NCBI GenBank assembly: GCA_035524375.1
Contig: DATKOZ010000033.1
Location: forward strand, 26,842 to 90,841
Direction: 5' to 3'
DNA: 64,000 nt
Origin: Candidatus Binataceae bacterium
Lineage (GTDB): Bacteria > Desulfobacterota > Binatia > Binatales > Binataceae
Shown here: positions 1-9,235 of the stretch, in pieces
How the letters are laid out: every line of letters starts with the position of its first letter
How positions within the stretch are numbered: the first letter of the stretch is position 1
Translations under genes and position numbers: made by a program
Notes under the pieces: model-generated
The model's input: only the letters and a program-made list of their open reading frames with translations
Databases searched by the model: none
What the model was told of the DNA's origin: nothing

Positions 1-530
1 ATCGATCGATAATAGTTGGATTCGGCGCGGGTCGAAAATTGCGGCCCCTCCATGCACAGATAGGTGCCGCCCGGATGGACTGTCGCACCGCCCTTCCGTG
101 CCGCCGAGGTAAGATCGCGCGCGAGATCGGCGCATACGGGATCGGCCAGTGACACGTGCACGACGATGCCGCCACCGAAAAACGTCTCGGGACGCTTGAA
201 GGTGCGATCGATGAACTGATCCGGGATCACAAGCTCGCCCGGATGAATCTCCTCCTTAAGGCTGCCAGCGGTCGACACGGAGATCAGATGCGTCACGTCG
301 AGCAGTTTCATCCCGAAGATGTTCGCGCGGAAGTTGATCTCGGAAGGCAGCACGCGATGGCCGCGCCCGTGGCGCGAGAGAAATACCACCTCGGTATCTC
401 CGATGCGGCCTTGGTAGAAGGGATCGGACGGATGGCCGAACGGCGTCTCCAACTCCATCATTTCGACCTTTTCGAGGCCGGGCATTTGGTAAAAGCCGCT
501 TCCGCCGATAATTCCAAGTACATTTTCCAT
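1..530 (-). CDS. mtnP: S-methyl-5'-thioadenosine phosphorylase (MTAP/PNP family), N-terminal ~176 aa; 3' end runs off the window
   Basis: My own translation of the minus strand from ATG at 530-528 gives MENVLGIIGGSGFYQMPGLEKVEMMELETPFGHPSDPFYQGRIGDTEVVFLSRHGRGH...TYLCMEGPQFSTRAES, a classic MTAP/PNP-family N-terminus. It is absent from the ORF track because it is edge-truncated. The start sits 1 nt after the rlmN stop. Confidence 0.8.
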   Translation of the reverse strand, partial: MENVLGIIGGSGFYQMPGLEKVEMMELETPFGHPSDPFYQGRIGDTEVVFLSRHGRGHRVLPSEINFRANIFGMKLLDVTHLISVSTAGSLKEEIHPGELVIPDQFIDRTFKRPETFFGGGIVVHVSLADPVCADLARDLTSAARKGGATVHPGGTYLCMEGPQFSTRAESNYYRS

Positions 531-531
531 C

Positions 532-1602
532 TTAATTTCCGTGGCGCTCCGCGTAGAGCTGGCCGCAAGCCGCGGCGATATCCAAGCCCCTGCTCTCGCG
601 GATGGTGGCGGTCAAATTACCGCGCTTGAGGATTGCTTGAAAGGCCTCCACGGCGTCACGCGAACTGCCGTGCAATGCCGAGCCGGCAAACGGATTAAAG
701 AAAATCAGGTTGACCTTCGCGCGGATCGGCGCGAGCAGCTTGGCCAATCGTTTCGCGTCGGCGGCGGAATCGTTCACGCCCGCAAGCATCACATATTCGA
801 ATGTGATTCGGCTGCGCCGCTTGATCGGCAGATCGCGGCATGCGGCAAGCAGCGTATCGAGCGGGTAGCGTTTGTTGATCGGCGCAAGCCGATCCCTCAG
901 CTCGTCGGTGGTCGCATGCAGCGACACCGCCAGATTCACCGGCGTCTCTTCCAGTAATCGCGTCATGTTGGGAACCAGGCCCACCGTCGATACGGTGATA
1001 CGCCGTTGCGAAATATCCATCCCCCACTCCGCCGTCATAATTTTAAGTGCGCGGACCAATTGCTGGTAGTTGGCCAGCGGCTCACCCATGCCCATGAAGA
1101 CGTAGTTGGTGATGTCCTCGCCCGCTGCAAGTTCGCGGCGAGCGGCAAGAATCTGCCCGATGATCTCCGACGCGGTGAGATTGCGATGCAACCCCATTTG
1201 CGCCGTCGCGCAAAATTCGCACGCCATCGCGCATCCCACCTGGCTCGACATGCACAGGGTGACGCGCTTTTCGGTTGGGATTATCACCGACTCGATCGCT
1301 TCGCCGCCGGCAAGCCGGATGAGCAGCTTGCGGGTGCCGTCGCTTGAGCGAACCACCAGCGCTTGCGGGGCAGGCCCAATCTTAAAGTGACGCTTTAAGT
1401 ACTCGCGCGGCGCCGCCGGCAGACCCTGCATTGCATCGAATGTTTCCGCGCCGCGCCGCCATACCCAATCGAGAATCTGGCGCGCGCGAAATTTCCGGTC
1501 GCCGGCCTCGGCGACCGCCGCCTCAAGCTCCTCGATCGTCAGGCTGCGGATGTCCGGCAAATGGGCCGCCTCGGCGATATCGATTGCGCGTTCCGCATTC
1601 AT
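532..1602 (-). CDS. rlmN: 23S rRNA (adenine2503-C2)-methyltransferase, radical SAM (RlmN/Cfr family)
   Basis: 356-aa ORF with the radical-SAM CxxxCxxC motif (GCAMACEFCATAQMG) and RlmN-like flanking sequence. Confidence 0.9.
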   Translation of the reverse strand: MNAERAIDIAEAAHLPDIRSLTIEELEAAVAEAGDRKFRARQILDWVWRRGAETFDAMQGLPAAPREYLKRHFKIGPAPQALVVRSSDGTRKLLIRLAGGEAIESVIIPTEKRVTLCMSSQVGCAMACEFCATAQMGLHRNLTASEIIGQILAARRELAAGEDITNYVFMGMGEPLANYQQLVRALKIMTAEWGMDISQRRITVSTVGLVPNMTRLLEETPVNLAVSLHATTDELRDRLAPINKRYPLDTLLAACRDLPIKRRSRITFEYVMLAGVNDSAADAKRLAKLLAPIRAKVNLIFFNPFAGSALHGSSRDAVEAFQAILKRGNLTATIRESRGLDIAAACGQLYAERHGN

Positions 1603-1654
1603 TGGCGGCTATTGTATCGCAATCGCTGAGGCAGGCGCACGATGAATCCGGCAG

Positions 1655-1770
1655 CCTTCCCGAAACCCCTCACGGGTTTCCTGTTTTACCCGAAACCGTC
1701 CGCAAACGGCGCGGCGCGCCGTTTGCGGCACTGCGGGAAGTCCGAAACCCGTCAGGGGTTTCGGGAATTT
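1655..1770. repeat. Three consecutive GC-rich hairpins (REP-like element): GAAACCC-ctcac-GGGTTTC (1662-1680), a 29-nt perfect palindrome CCGCAAACGGCGCG-G-CGCGCCGTTTGCGG (1700-1728), and CCGAAACCC-gtcag-GGGTTTCGG (1742-1764) overlapping the stop of the 1752..2483 gene
   Basis: Read directly from the sequence. The GAAACCCC / GGGGTTTCG arms recur at 19956-20015. Confidence 0.6.
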
Positions 1771-2483
1771 CCTGTAAGATAGGCGAAGGCTTCGGCGATC
1801 TTCGCATGGCCGCCCGATTCCAGGATGTCGCCGTGGGTGACAATCACGCGATCGAAATCCCACCTGAGAGTTCGCTCGACAGATTTGGCCGCCGCGGCGC
1901 GATCGCGGATCAGCAGGCGAATGAAAGCGTCGGGACCAAAATGGCCCGGGGTGCCACGCAGCTTGAGGAACCAGTTGGCGGCCTCGTAGTCGGCGGGAAT
2001 ATTGAATACGAGGTCGGTGAACATGACCGTGCGGCTGGACGGATGAAAGAACACAATCTCATTCAGAAAGCTCGCGCCCCGGAAAAAATGCTGGTCGATT
2101 GCGCCCGCCCAATCGGGATGCGGCTCATCGCTCAAAATCGAATCGAACTTTAGATCGCGGCGCGCGCCGAGCCATGCGCGGATATCGTTAATTTCGCCGG
2201 CGATTCCGGGGGCGGCATGCAGCTTCGCGCCGGGAAACGCCTTCGCATAATCGCCCACAAACAGATGGTGTGCGCGGGACGGCGCGACGACATCGCGGAC
2301 CTCGCCGAGCGCGGTGAGCGCCGTTTTGGTTTCATCATCGAGTTTGGTTGGCGAATGGAGAAACAATCCGCCGTTGGGCAGGCGAACGATCGTCATTCGC
2401 GTTCCGAGCCGCCCGGCACCCGGATCGAAATCGGGCTGGTCGACAACCCAGAGGTTGGAAGCAAGATTTTTGGGTTGAGGCAT
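1752..2483 (-). CDS. Hypothetical protein, probably DUF4336-like (metallo-beta-lactamase-related fold)
   Basis: 243-aa ORF with coding-like codon usage. Motifs (HHLFVGDY, VIVTHGD) resemble the DUF4336 / MBL-fold family. The family call is from memory only. Confidence 0.5.
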   Translation of the reverse strand: MPQPKNLASNLWVVDQPDFDPGAGRLGTRMTIVRLPNGGLFLHSPTKLDDETKTALTALGEVRDVVAPSRAHHLFVGDYAKAFPGAKLHAAPGIAGEINDIRAWLGARRDLKFDSILSDEPHPDWAGAIDQHFFRGASFLNEIVFFHPSSRTVMFTDLVFNIPADYEAANWFLKLRGTPGHFGPDAFIRLLIRDRAAAAKSVERTLRWDFDRVIVTHGDILESGGHAKIAEAFAYLTGNSRNP

Positions 2484-2710
2484 AAATCAATGCCAGCGCG
2501 GAACCTAGATCAGCCGGGCGATATGAATCAAGAATCGCGCCAAAATCGAATCGAAATTGACGATTGCATACGCACGGCCTTAATGCGAGCCTAGATTGGA
2601 CTCTGAAGGAATTTCCAGATTATCCGCTACGCAATTCGTTCGACGAAACCGCTCCGCCAAAGGTAACTTCGGACAGAGGTGGAGAATCCGCGACCAAGTA
2701 TGGAGGCACG

Positions 2711-3904
2711 ATGCCACGCCGCAACGCATGCAACCGCAATCAATGTTCGAGTCTAACTCTAGCCGCGACGCTTGGCGGCCTCATAATCTTGGCCGGGGGA
2801 GCGGCGAGCGCGAAGACGACCCCGCTTGCGCTGTGCGTCAATCATAGCGGCTCCGGTGGCTGTTCAACCACGATTCAGGACGCGGTGGACATAGTACCGC
2901 CCGGGGGCAGCGCGGTTATCACGATTGCTGCCAGCGTCACTCCGTACGCGGAAGATGTCAGTGTCTCCAACATCACCGTTAGCTTTATAGGCGGCGGCGC
3001 GGGAATGACCATCGTGGACGGCGCCAACAGTTCCGGCATTCCGACCTTTCTGTTTCAAAACAGTTCGAACGGCGAGTTGCACGGGATGACGATAGAGAAC
3101 GGCAATGGCGGTCAAGGCAGCAACGTGGACTTCACCCAGTTTGCTTCAAAAGGCAGCAAAGGCGTTGGAACCCTTACGATTGAAAATTGCGAGATAACCG
3201 GCGGCGTACGGCCTTCCAACATTCTCCCGGAAGGTGCGGTCAACTTCGCCGGAAAGACGCTAATCATCGATTCCTCCAGTATCACGAACAATACCGACCA
3301 AGGGCTGCTCATAAACGGGGCGCCACACGTGTTCATTACCGACACGACAATCAGTGGCAATGACACTACCGGCAACAATGGAAATGCAACCGGATGCGGA
3401 ATCCATATTTCTTCGGGCACGATTGTCCTCAACAATGTTACGATCACGGACAACCATTGCGTGGGAGGCTCCGGGCACGGGCAATCCCCAACCCAAGGAG
3501 GCGGAATTTGGGTTGATTACCCCGGCAAGGTGTCGATCTCCAATACGGTGATTGCGAACAATACGGTGGCCGGCAGCCTGCCTTCCGGGCCGGACTGCTT
3601 TGCGCCGGGGACCGGCGTCAAATCGAAGGGCCATAACCTGATCGAAGACCCGTCGGCCTGCACGATCAAGTTGGGCAAAACCGATCTGGCTGCGGGAACC
3701 GACCCCGAACTGAGTTCGCTTGCAGCGTGCGCGTCCAGCTCGCTTGAGGTTCAAACGCCGCTGGCAGGGAGTCCGATAATTGGAAAAGGGAATCCAGGTA
3801 AGCTTACCGGAAAGATTGGCTCCACCGGCTCGGGTTGCCTGCCGACCGACGAATGCGGTGCCGCGCGGACGCAGGGTTCGTGCAGCATCGGCGCCGCCGA
3901 ATGA
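2711..3904 (+). CDS. Secreted right-handed parallel beta-helix repeat protein (pectate-lyase/NosD-like fold)
   Basis: ATG at 2711 is preceded by GGAGG (2702-2706). The signal peptide MPRRNACNRNQCSSLTLAATLGGLIILAGGAASA is followed by repeated 'NNVTITDNHCVGG', 'ITNNTDQGLLINGA' and 'ISGNDTTGNNGN' beta-helix repeats. The 5' part of the longer track ORF (2564) is judged non-coding. Confidence 0.7.
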   Translation: MPRRNACNRNQCSSLTLAATLGGLIILAGGAASAKTTPLALCVNHSGSGGCSTTIQDAVDIVPPGGSAVITIAASVTPYAEDVSVSNITVSFIGGGAGMTIVDGANSSGIPTFLFQNSSNGELHGMTIENGNGGQGSNVDFTQFASKGSKGVGTLTIENCEITGGVRPSNILPEGAVNFAGKTLIIDSSSITNNTDQGLLINGAPHVFITDTTISGNDTTGNNGNATGCGIHISSGTIVLNNVTITDNHCVGGSGHGQSPTQGGGIWVDYPGKVSISNTVIANNTVAGSLPSGPDCFAPGTGVKSKGHNLIEDPSACTIKLGKTDLAAGTDPELSSLAACASSSLEVQTPLAGSPIIGKGNPGKLTGKIGSTGSGCLPTDECGAARTQGSCSIGAAE

Positions 3905-4415
3905 CTCGGCTTTGTTTGTACTTCGCAAAGGGCCCGCTTCCCCCTCCCTGCGATTGGATCGTCGCAGGACCGGAGCGATATGAAGCTCACCCGTCACCTA
4001 TCCGGAAAAATTGCAGGCCCTTATCGACAAAGCCGTGCGGGAAGTTCGTGCGGAGCGGAGCGCCGCGCCAAAAAGGGGGCGACAACCCCTGATTAGAAAG
4101 GCGCGACAGCACCCTCACCCACGCGGCTCTTGATTGGAGCAACCACCATGTCCTTGATGCCTGCGCGTCGCCATTTCACCTGCGCCTGCCCTCTCCCGCA
4201 AAAGCAGCGGGCGAGGGAACATTAGGAGGCCGAAGCCGTCGCGAAGTCACTCTCTCCGGTCTGGAATCAATTCGATCTTGCCGCGTCGGCCGCCTACGCC
4301 TGCCTCCACAGCTTCCAGCCGTTTGGCCGCGCCTTGATGCAATAAAACCCTTCAAACCCCGTCTTTGCCTAAATCCTGTTTCGTGATAATTCGATCTGTA
4401 GGGATAATCGAAGCC

Positions 4416-7040
4416 ATGGCAACGATATCGGCAAGTGATGGCGGACATCTGGATGGTCCGAATACGGGGCCGATCGCCAGTGGGCAATCATCCCTTCCCT
4501 CCCAATTCAACGCCGATGAACTGGACGCATCTGAAGCACTGCCGGTGATCCGGATTGGCATGCTTGCCGTGCTAATCGTGCAAGCAATCTTCGCGCTGTA
4601 TGTTCGTCATCCGCTGCCGGCGCAGGTGGCAAGGCAGGTATTTCCGGTAAAAGTGGCGCTGGGCGTGCCGATGGGGATTGTTTTCCTCCTCACATGGACG
4701 CCATGGTTCCGCCGTCATTGGAAGCCCGTAGCATGGATTGCAAATGCCTGGCTCTTCACCTTCGCCTGCTTGATCGTAAAAGTCGAGGGGGAATACGGGA
4801 TGCTCCCCGAGGGCGGAGACGAGAGTTCGCTTTTGAGCTTCGGACTGTCCGGTAATGAAAGCACATATGGGCCGCTGTTCTTAACCATCGTTATGATCGT
4901 GCTGATTCTGCTCGGGATCGGAATCATGTTTCCGTGGAACCGGCTCTGGCAAGGCACGCTGGAGGTCGCCGGGTTGGCCGCCCTGTATTTCACTTCGAGT
5001 GCGATCGACTGGGCCGGCTCAAGCAGCAACGAAGCGTTCGCCGTGCTGGCGAGCGTTGCTGTCGTGCATTGGTGTCATGAAGTTGCCGCCCGGAATCGGC
5101 GGCGGCTTACCGACATGATGGGCAAGCTCACGGCCGCGCGCGAGGAGGCGATGGCGGCGACGCGCGCCAAGTCCGAGTTCCTGTCCAATATGTCGCATGA
5201 AATCCGAACTCCGATGAACGCCGTTATCGGCATGTCGGAATTGCTCTCGTCAAGCTCGCTAAGTCCGGAACAGCGCCGCTACGTCGATATCATGAAGGCC
5301 AACGGCGACGCCCTCATCGATCTAATCAACGACATTCTCGACCTCGCGAAGATCGAAAGCGGCCGTTTGAGCCTGGAACGCGTCAACTTCGACCTTGAGG
5401 ACGTGATCGGCAAGCTGGGCGAGATGATGGGCATCCGGGCGCACGAAAAGGGACTTGAGCTTGCGATTCGTATCGCGCCCGATGTGCCGGTCAATCTGGT
5501 CGGCGATCCGCTCCGATTGCGGCAAATCCTGGTTAATCTTTTCGGCAACGCAATCAAATTCACCAGGCGCGGTCAGATTTCGCTGACCGTCGAACGCGCC
5601 GCGGCCGCCGACGGATTGCTACTGAAGTTCTCAGTCCGCGACACGGGCATTGGAATCCCTAAAGACAAGCTCGGCGACATCTTTTCCAGCTTCACGCAGG
5701 CCGACGCTTCCACAACCCGAAATTACGGCGGCACTGGACTCGGTCTTACAATAGTAAAGCGGCTGGTTGAACTTTACGGCGGCGAAATCAAGGTTGAAAG
5801 CGAACCCGGTACCGGCAGTTGCTTCATCTTTACCGCAAGGTTAGGGACTCAGGCCCCGGTGGCGGCGGCATCCGCGAAGCCGATCGTCGATTTGCGCGGC
5901 ATCAACGCTCTCGTTGTCGATACCCTCCCAATTAACCGAACCGTCGTGAAGGAAATCTTGGCGGCGGGTGGGGGCCGCGTCTCGGAAGCCGAAGGCCCTG
6001 CCCAAGCAGCCGGCGAATTAAGGCGCGCGGCGGACGCCGGCAACCCTTACCGCCTGGCCCTGATCGCTTGCCGGACGCGCGATACTGCCGGAATCGATCT
6101 AATTTCGAATTTGCGAAATTTGAACGGCCAAAGGGTCGGTGGCGGACCGGAAGTCGTTGCTATGCTCACCTCCGGCGACTTGGCCACGATGCCCGCGCGG
6201 CTTGGCGAATTCGGCGTTCGCGCCTATATCGTCAAACCGGTCCGGCGGTTGGAGTTGCTGCGTGCCGTCCGAACAGCGCTAACCGGCGCCAGAGAAGCTG
6301 ATGGTGTCGCTCGCGAAGCGGTGGCCGGGGCGGAATTGCCTCCGCTCAGGGTGCTGCTGGCCGACGATTCCCAAGACAACCGCATGCTGGTGAAGGCGTT
6401 TCTTGCTGGTAATCCCGTCCAAATCACTGCGGTGGAAAACGGGAGCGAGGCGGTCGACGTCTTCAAAAACGGCAAGTTTGACGTGGTCCTGATGGACATG
6501 CGGATGCCGGTCATGGACGGATGCACGGCGACCCGTACGATTCGCGAATGGGAACAGGAACACAAATTGGCCCGCACTCCGATCATCGCGTTGACTGCGT
6601 CCGCGCTTGAGGAAGCGGTCAAAGAATGCGTCGCCGCAGGATGCGATTTGCACGTCAGCAAACCGGTTCGGCGGCTCGGGCTGCTGACCGCGATCACCGA
6701 CGTGGTTAGATCGGCGCCTCGCTCCCAACCGGGAGACGGGAATAGGCCGACTGCCGTCGTCGACCCAGAATTGCGCGATTTGATTCCGGACTTCCTGCAA
6801 AGCAAACGGACCGACGTGGCCGCCGTTCTCGCCGCCCTCGAAAGCGGCGACTATGCGTTGGCCTCCACGGTCGGCCATCAATTGAAGGGTGAAGGCGGCT
6901 CCTATGGGTTTCCCGCCGTTACCGATCTGGGGCGGGATTTGGAAGAAGCAGCCGCAAGTGCCGATCGCGAGCGTGCGCTCCGCTTGACCCGGGAGATCGC
7001 CCAATATCTCGAGCAAGTGGAAGTCACCTACCGAGTATAG
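4416..7040 (+). CDS. Hybrid sensor histidine kinase/response regulator: polytopic membrane N-terminus, HisKA + HATPase_c, degenerate receiver, canonical receiver, C-terminal HPt
   Basis: Domains read from the translation:
- HisKA H-box: [17 protein letters not shown].
- ATPase G-boxes: DTGIGIP ... [21 protein letters not shown].
- REC2: [13 protein letters not shown] ... [13 protein letters not shown] ... SKP.
- HPt: [12 protein letters not shown].
REC1 lacks the acidic pocket (LVVDTLP, and ...[10 protein letters not shown] where the phospho-Asp is expected). Start chosen at ATG 4416 ([10 protein letters not shown]); the track ORF begins at 4365. Confidence 0.85.
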   Translation: MATISASDGGHLDGPNTGPIASGQSSLPSQFNADELDASEALPVIRIGMLAVLIVQAIFALYVRHPLPAQVARQVFPVKVALGVPMGIVFLLTWTPWFRRHWKPVAWIANAWLFTFACLIVKVEGEYGMLPEGGDESSLLSFGLSGNESTYGPLFLTIVMIVLILLGIGIMFPWNRLWQGTLEVAGLAALYFTSSAIDWAGSSSNEAFAVLASVAVVHWCHEVAARNRRRLTDMMGKLTAAREEAMAATRAKSEFLSNMSHEIRTPMNAVIGMSELLSSSSLSPEQRRYVDIMKANGDALIDLINDILDLAKIESGRLSLERVNFDLEDVIGKLGEMMGIRAHEKGLELAIRIAPDVPVNLVGDPLRLRQILVNLFGNAIKFTRRGQISLTVERAAAADGLLLKFSVRDTGIGIPKDKLGDIFSSFTQADASTTRNYGGTGLGLTIVKRLVELYGGEIKVESEPGTGSCFIFTARLGTQAPVAAASAKPIVDLRGINALVVDTLPINRTVVKEILAAGGGRVSEAEGPAQAAGELRRAADAGNPYRLALIACRTRDTAGIDLISNLRNLNGQRVGGGPEVVAMLTSGDLATMPARLGEFGVRAYIVKPVRRLELLRAVRTALTGAREADGVAREAVAGAELPPLRVLLADDSQDNRMLVKAFLAGNPVQITAVENGSEAVDVFKNGKFDVVLMDMRMPVMDGCTATRTIREWEQEHKLARTPIIALTASALEEAVKECVAAGCDLHVSKPVRRLGLLTAITDVVRSAPRSQPGDGNRPTAVVDPELRDLIPDFLQSKRTDVAAVLAALESGDYALASTVGHQLKGEGGSYGFPAVTDLGRDLEEAAASADRERALRLTREIAQYLEQVEVTYRV

Positions 7041-7130
7041 AAGTCCCTGCGCGGCGGGAATCGGATTGCGAAGAGCAAACCGTGCCGAAGCCGAATGCGG
7101 TCAGATCTGACGCTATTGAGCCGCCGTAGT

Positions 7131-7676
7131 TTATGCGGCGTGCTTTGGAACGACAGTCTCCGCTCCGCCGACGACTACGCGGCTGCAGGCGTGGCCATAG
7201 CCGAGGGCATACTTGGCGAACGGGAAAAATCGTCCGGCCGACATCGAGATTGCCAGGCTCACCAGCCCGCGCTTGCCGTATAGTTTTACGATCTCTTCGC
7301 GAAATTCATCCGCTCTCAAGTCACGATTATAGACCGCGCGGGTAAAGCGGACGGCGAGTGCGATTTCCGGCGGCATTGCGGTTTCATCGCGGGCCAGGAT
7401 TGCGCGAATCGTCGCGGGCTTCACGCCCTCTCGCTCAGCCATCGTCACGCACAATTGCGTGCACGGGCCGCAATCTTCGGCCAGGGCGGTCGCGATATGC
7501 GCAGCATGGAATACGTCGAGCGGCAGGTCCCGGCGATAAGCGGCAAGCCCGCTCACGGCGTTGATCTTGAGCATCGCACCGGGACAGTACTCGGCGATCT
7601 CGCGCGCGTAGCTCATGTCGTAATTGAAGTCGCGTTCGAACTTGTCCATCCGCCATCGAAGCAGCCGCTTGAACAT
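7131..7676 (-). CDS. Hypothetical protein, possibly AhpD/carboxymuconolactone-decarboxylase-like
   Basis: The ORF is trimmed to the internal ATG at 7676 (MFKRLLRWRMDKFE...). It follows the 7682..8059 gene on the same strand as the last gene of the cyd-containing run. The AEDCGPCTQLC motif is reminiscent of the CMD/AhpD core, but the family assignment is weak. Confidence 0.45.
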   Translation of the reverse strand: MFKRLLRWRMDKFERDFNYDMSYAREIAEYCPGAMLKINAVSGLAAYRRDLPLDVFHAAHIATALAEDCGPCTQLCVTMAEREGVKPATIRAILARDETAMPPEIALAVRFTRAVYNRDLRADEFREEIVKLYGKRGLVSLAISMSAGRFFPFAKYALGYGHACSRVVVGGAETVVPKHAA

Positions 7677-7681
7677 CGTCG

Positions 7682-8059
7682 TCACTCCTTTGAGTTGCGC
7701 GGCCACGCAAGCCAGATCGCCAGCGCAGGCGGCGCAAATACTCCGGGTAAATCGCCAATCAGCCGGCCCAAGGTCTCGCGGCCCGAGGCGGCATCCCAAA
7801 CGTGGACCATCGCGTGCAGCGAAAGAAACGCCGCCCCTGTCATCGCGGCACGCCATGCACGCGGATCCATTGCGAGCCATACCAATGATGCGCCCGCTAC
7901 AAAATAGGCGCATCCGATGTCGCGCACGAAATGAGGGTTAAACGGTCCGGTCGCGACGACGCCCGGAGTCAGCGCGTACCATGGCGCCGGCGCGACGAGC
8001 ATCAGCACGCCGTTTGCCGCGAGCAGGACGCCTAGAATTGTTGCAATGGTCGATCGCAT
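7682..8059 (-). CDS. Small integral membrane protein (about 4 TM helices), unknown function
   Basis: 125-aa ORF with hydrophobic segments (ILGVLLAANGVLMLVAPAPW, CAYFVAGASLVWLAM, AAFLSLHAMVHVW, PPALAIWLAW). It lies immediately downstream of cydB on the same strand. Confidence 0.5.
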   Translation of the reverse strand: MRSTIATILGVLLAANGVLMLVAPAPWYALTPGVVATGPFNPHFVRDIGCAYFVAGASLVWLAMDPRAWRAAMTGAAFLSLHAMVHVWDAASGRETLGRLIGDLPGVFAPPALAIWLAWPRNSKE

Positions 8060-8183
8060 CGCGTCCTCATGGCTATAGACGATGCAGTGTCACCGGTTGT
8101 GGCATTCAGCACGAGCTCAGATGCGCAAGCTACGCTGAATCCACAGCAGTCTTATTTTCCAGCTACGGCGAACATCGGGCAAG

Positions 8184-9224
8184 TCAGTGCCCACCTCCCT
8201 CGATGCCGACCTTTCCGGCAAAGCCGCGATAAGCGATGAACACGTAGATCGCCGCGATCGCCATGCCCGGAATAAACCACGCCAGTCCGACTTCGAGGGC
8301 ATGAGGAGGTGCAGCCGCCTGGAATATCGTCAGGCCGGCTTTGGGGTCTAGATTGGATGCCAATACATAGGGATAGATTCCAAAGGCCGTGCATGCCGCG
8401 ATACCCATCATGTACGCGCAGGAACATCCAAACGCGCCTGCTCCGCTTGCAGTGCGATTGAAATAGCGCGTCCCCAGAAGTCCGGTCAGGGCTGCCGCCG
8501 ACAGAACATAGCCCCACTGATGATGCGCAATCCGGTCGAGCAGTTGCGGCTGAATGACGGGACTAACGATTGCGACCAACACCGTGAAGATGAGGACCGG
8601 CCACCAGATTATCGCAGCAAGCCGGCGGCATCTCGCTTCCAGCTCGCCATCTGTCTTCACTGCGACCCACATCGCGCCGTGATGAGCCATCGCGAAGAAC
8701 CCGGCGATGCCGACCAAAATGGTAAACCAATCCAAAACGCCCGCATTCTTGCCAGGTAGCAAGTTGGTCCACAGCGGTAGAAAGAAATAACCGCTACTGT
8801 CGAGAGGAACCCCCCGAACCACGTTGCCGATCGCGACTCCGTAAAAGAGGGCCAACGCCGCGCTCGCGCCTGCAAAAACGACATCCCAGAGCGGCGACCA
8901 TACGGGGCTCTCGATTCGATTGCGAAACTCGATTGCGATGCCGCGGAAGATCAAGAGCCAAAGTACGATCATCAGCGGCAGATAAAATCCGCTGAAGCTT
9001 GATGCGTACAGCGTGGGAAACGCCATAAACAGGACCCCGCCCCCCGCAATGAGCCACACTTCATTGCCGTCCCATACCGGGCCGATCGAGCGAAGCACCG
9101 CCCGCCTCTCCGCTTCGGTTTGCGCGACCAGCAGATGGATGATGCCGGCGCCGATGTCGAAGCCGTCGAGCGAGGCGTATATCGCCAGCATCGCCGCGAC
9201 CGCCCAGAACCAGAACGTGGCCAT
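8184..9224 (-). CDS. cydB: Cytochrome bd ubiquinol oxidase subunit II
   Basis: Internal start MATFWFWAVAAMLAIYASLDGFDIGAGI... is the canonical CydB N-terminus. The track ORF (8184..9677) is an upstream over-extension that overlaps cydA. Confidence 0.85.
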   Translation of the reverse strand: MATFWFWAVAAMLAIYASLDGFDIGAGIIHLLVAQTEAERRAVLRSIGPVWDGNEVWLIAGGGVLFMAFPTLYASSFSGFYLPLMIVLWLLIFRGIAIEFRNRIESPVWSPLWDVVFAGASAALALFYGVAIGNVVRGVPLDSSGYFFLPLWTNLLPGKNAGVLDWFTILVGIAGFFAMAHHGAMWVAVKTDGELEARCRRLAAIIWWPVLIFTVLVAIVSPVIQPQLLDRIAHHQWGYVLSAAALTGLLGTRYFNRTASGAGAFGCSCAYMMGIAACTAFGIYPYVLASNLDPKAGLTIFQAAAPPHALEVGLAWFIPGMAIAAIYVFIAYRGFAGKVGIEGGGH

Positions 9225-9235
9225 CAGCGCCTCAT

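Noticed and set aside
156-629. 157-aa plus-strand ORF at the window start
   Set aside because: It lies antisense to a clearly recognisable MTAP coding sequence (minus strand, 1..530). Its translation is Arg/Ala-rich low complexity, and it overlaps the rlmN 3' end.
3905-4415. Several 60-100-aa ORFs on both strands in the 511-bp gap upstream of the histidine kinase (3835..4092 +, 4176..4487 -, 4352..4561 -)
   Set aside because: Their translations are Arg/Pro/Gly-rich with no hydrophobic core pattern, and they overlap one another. I treat the region as a non-coding leader with a few hairpins such as 4186-4220. A small regulatory RNA cannot be excluded.
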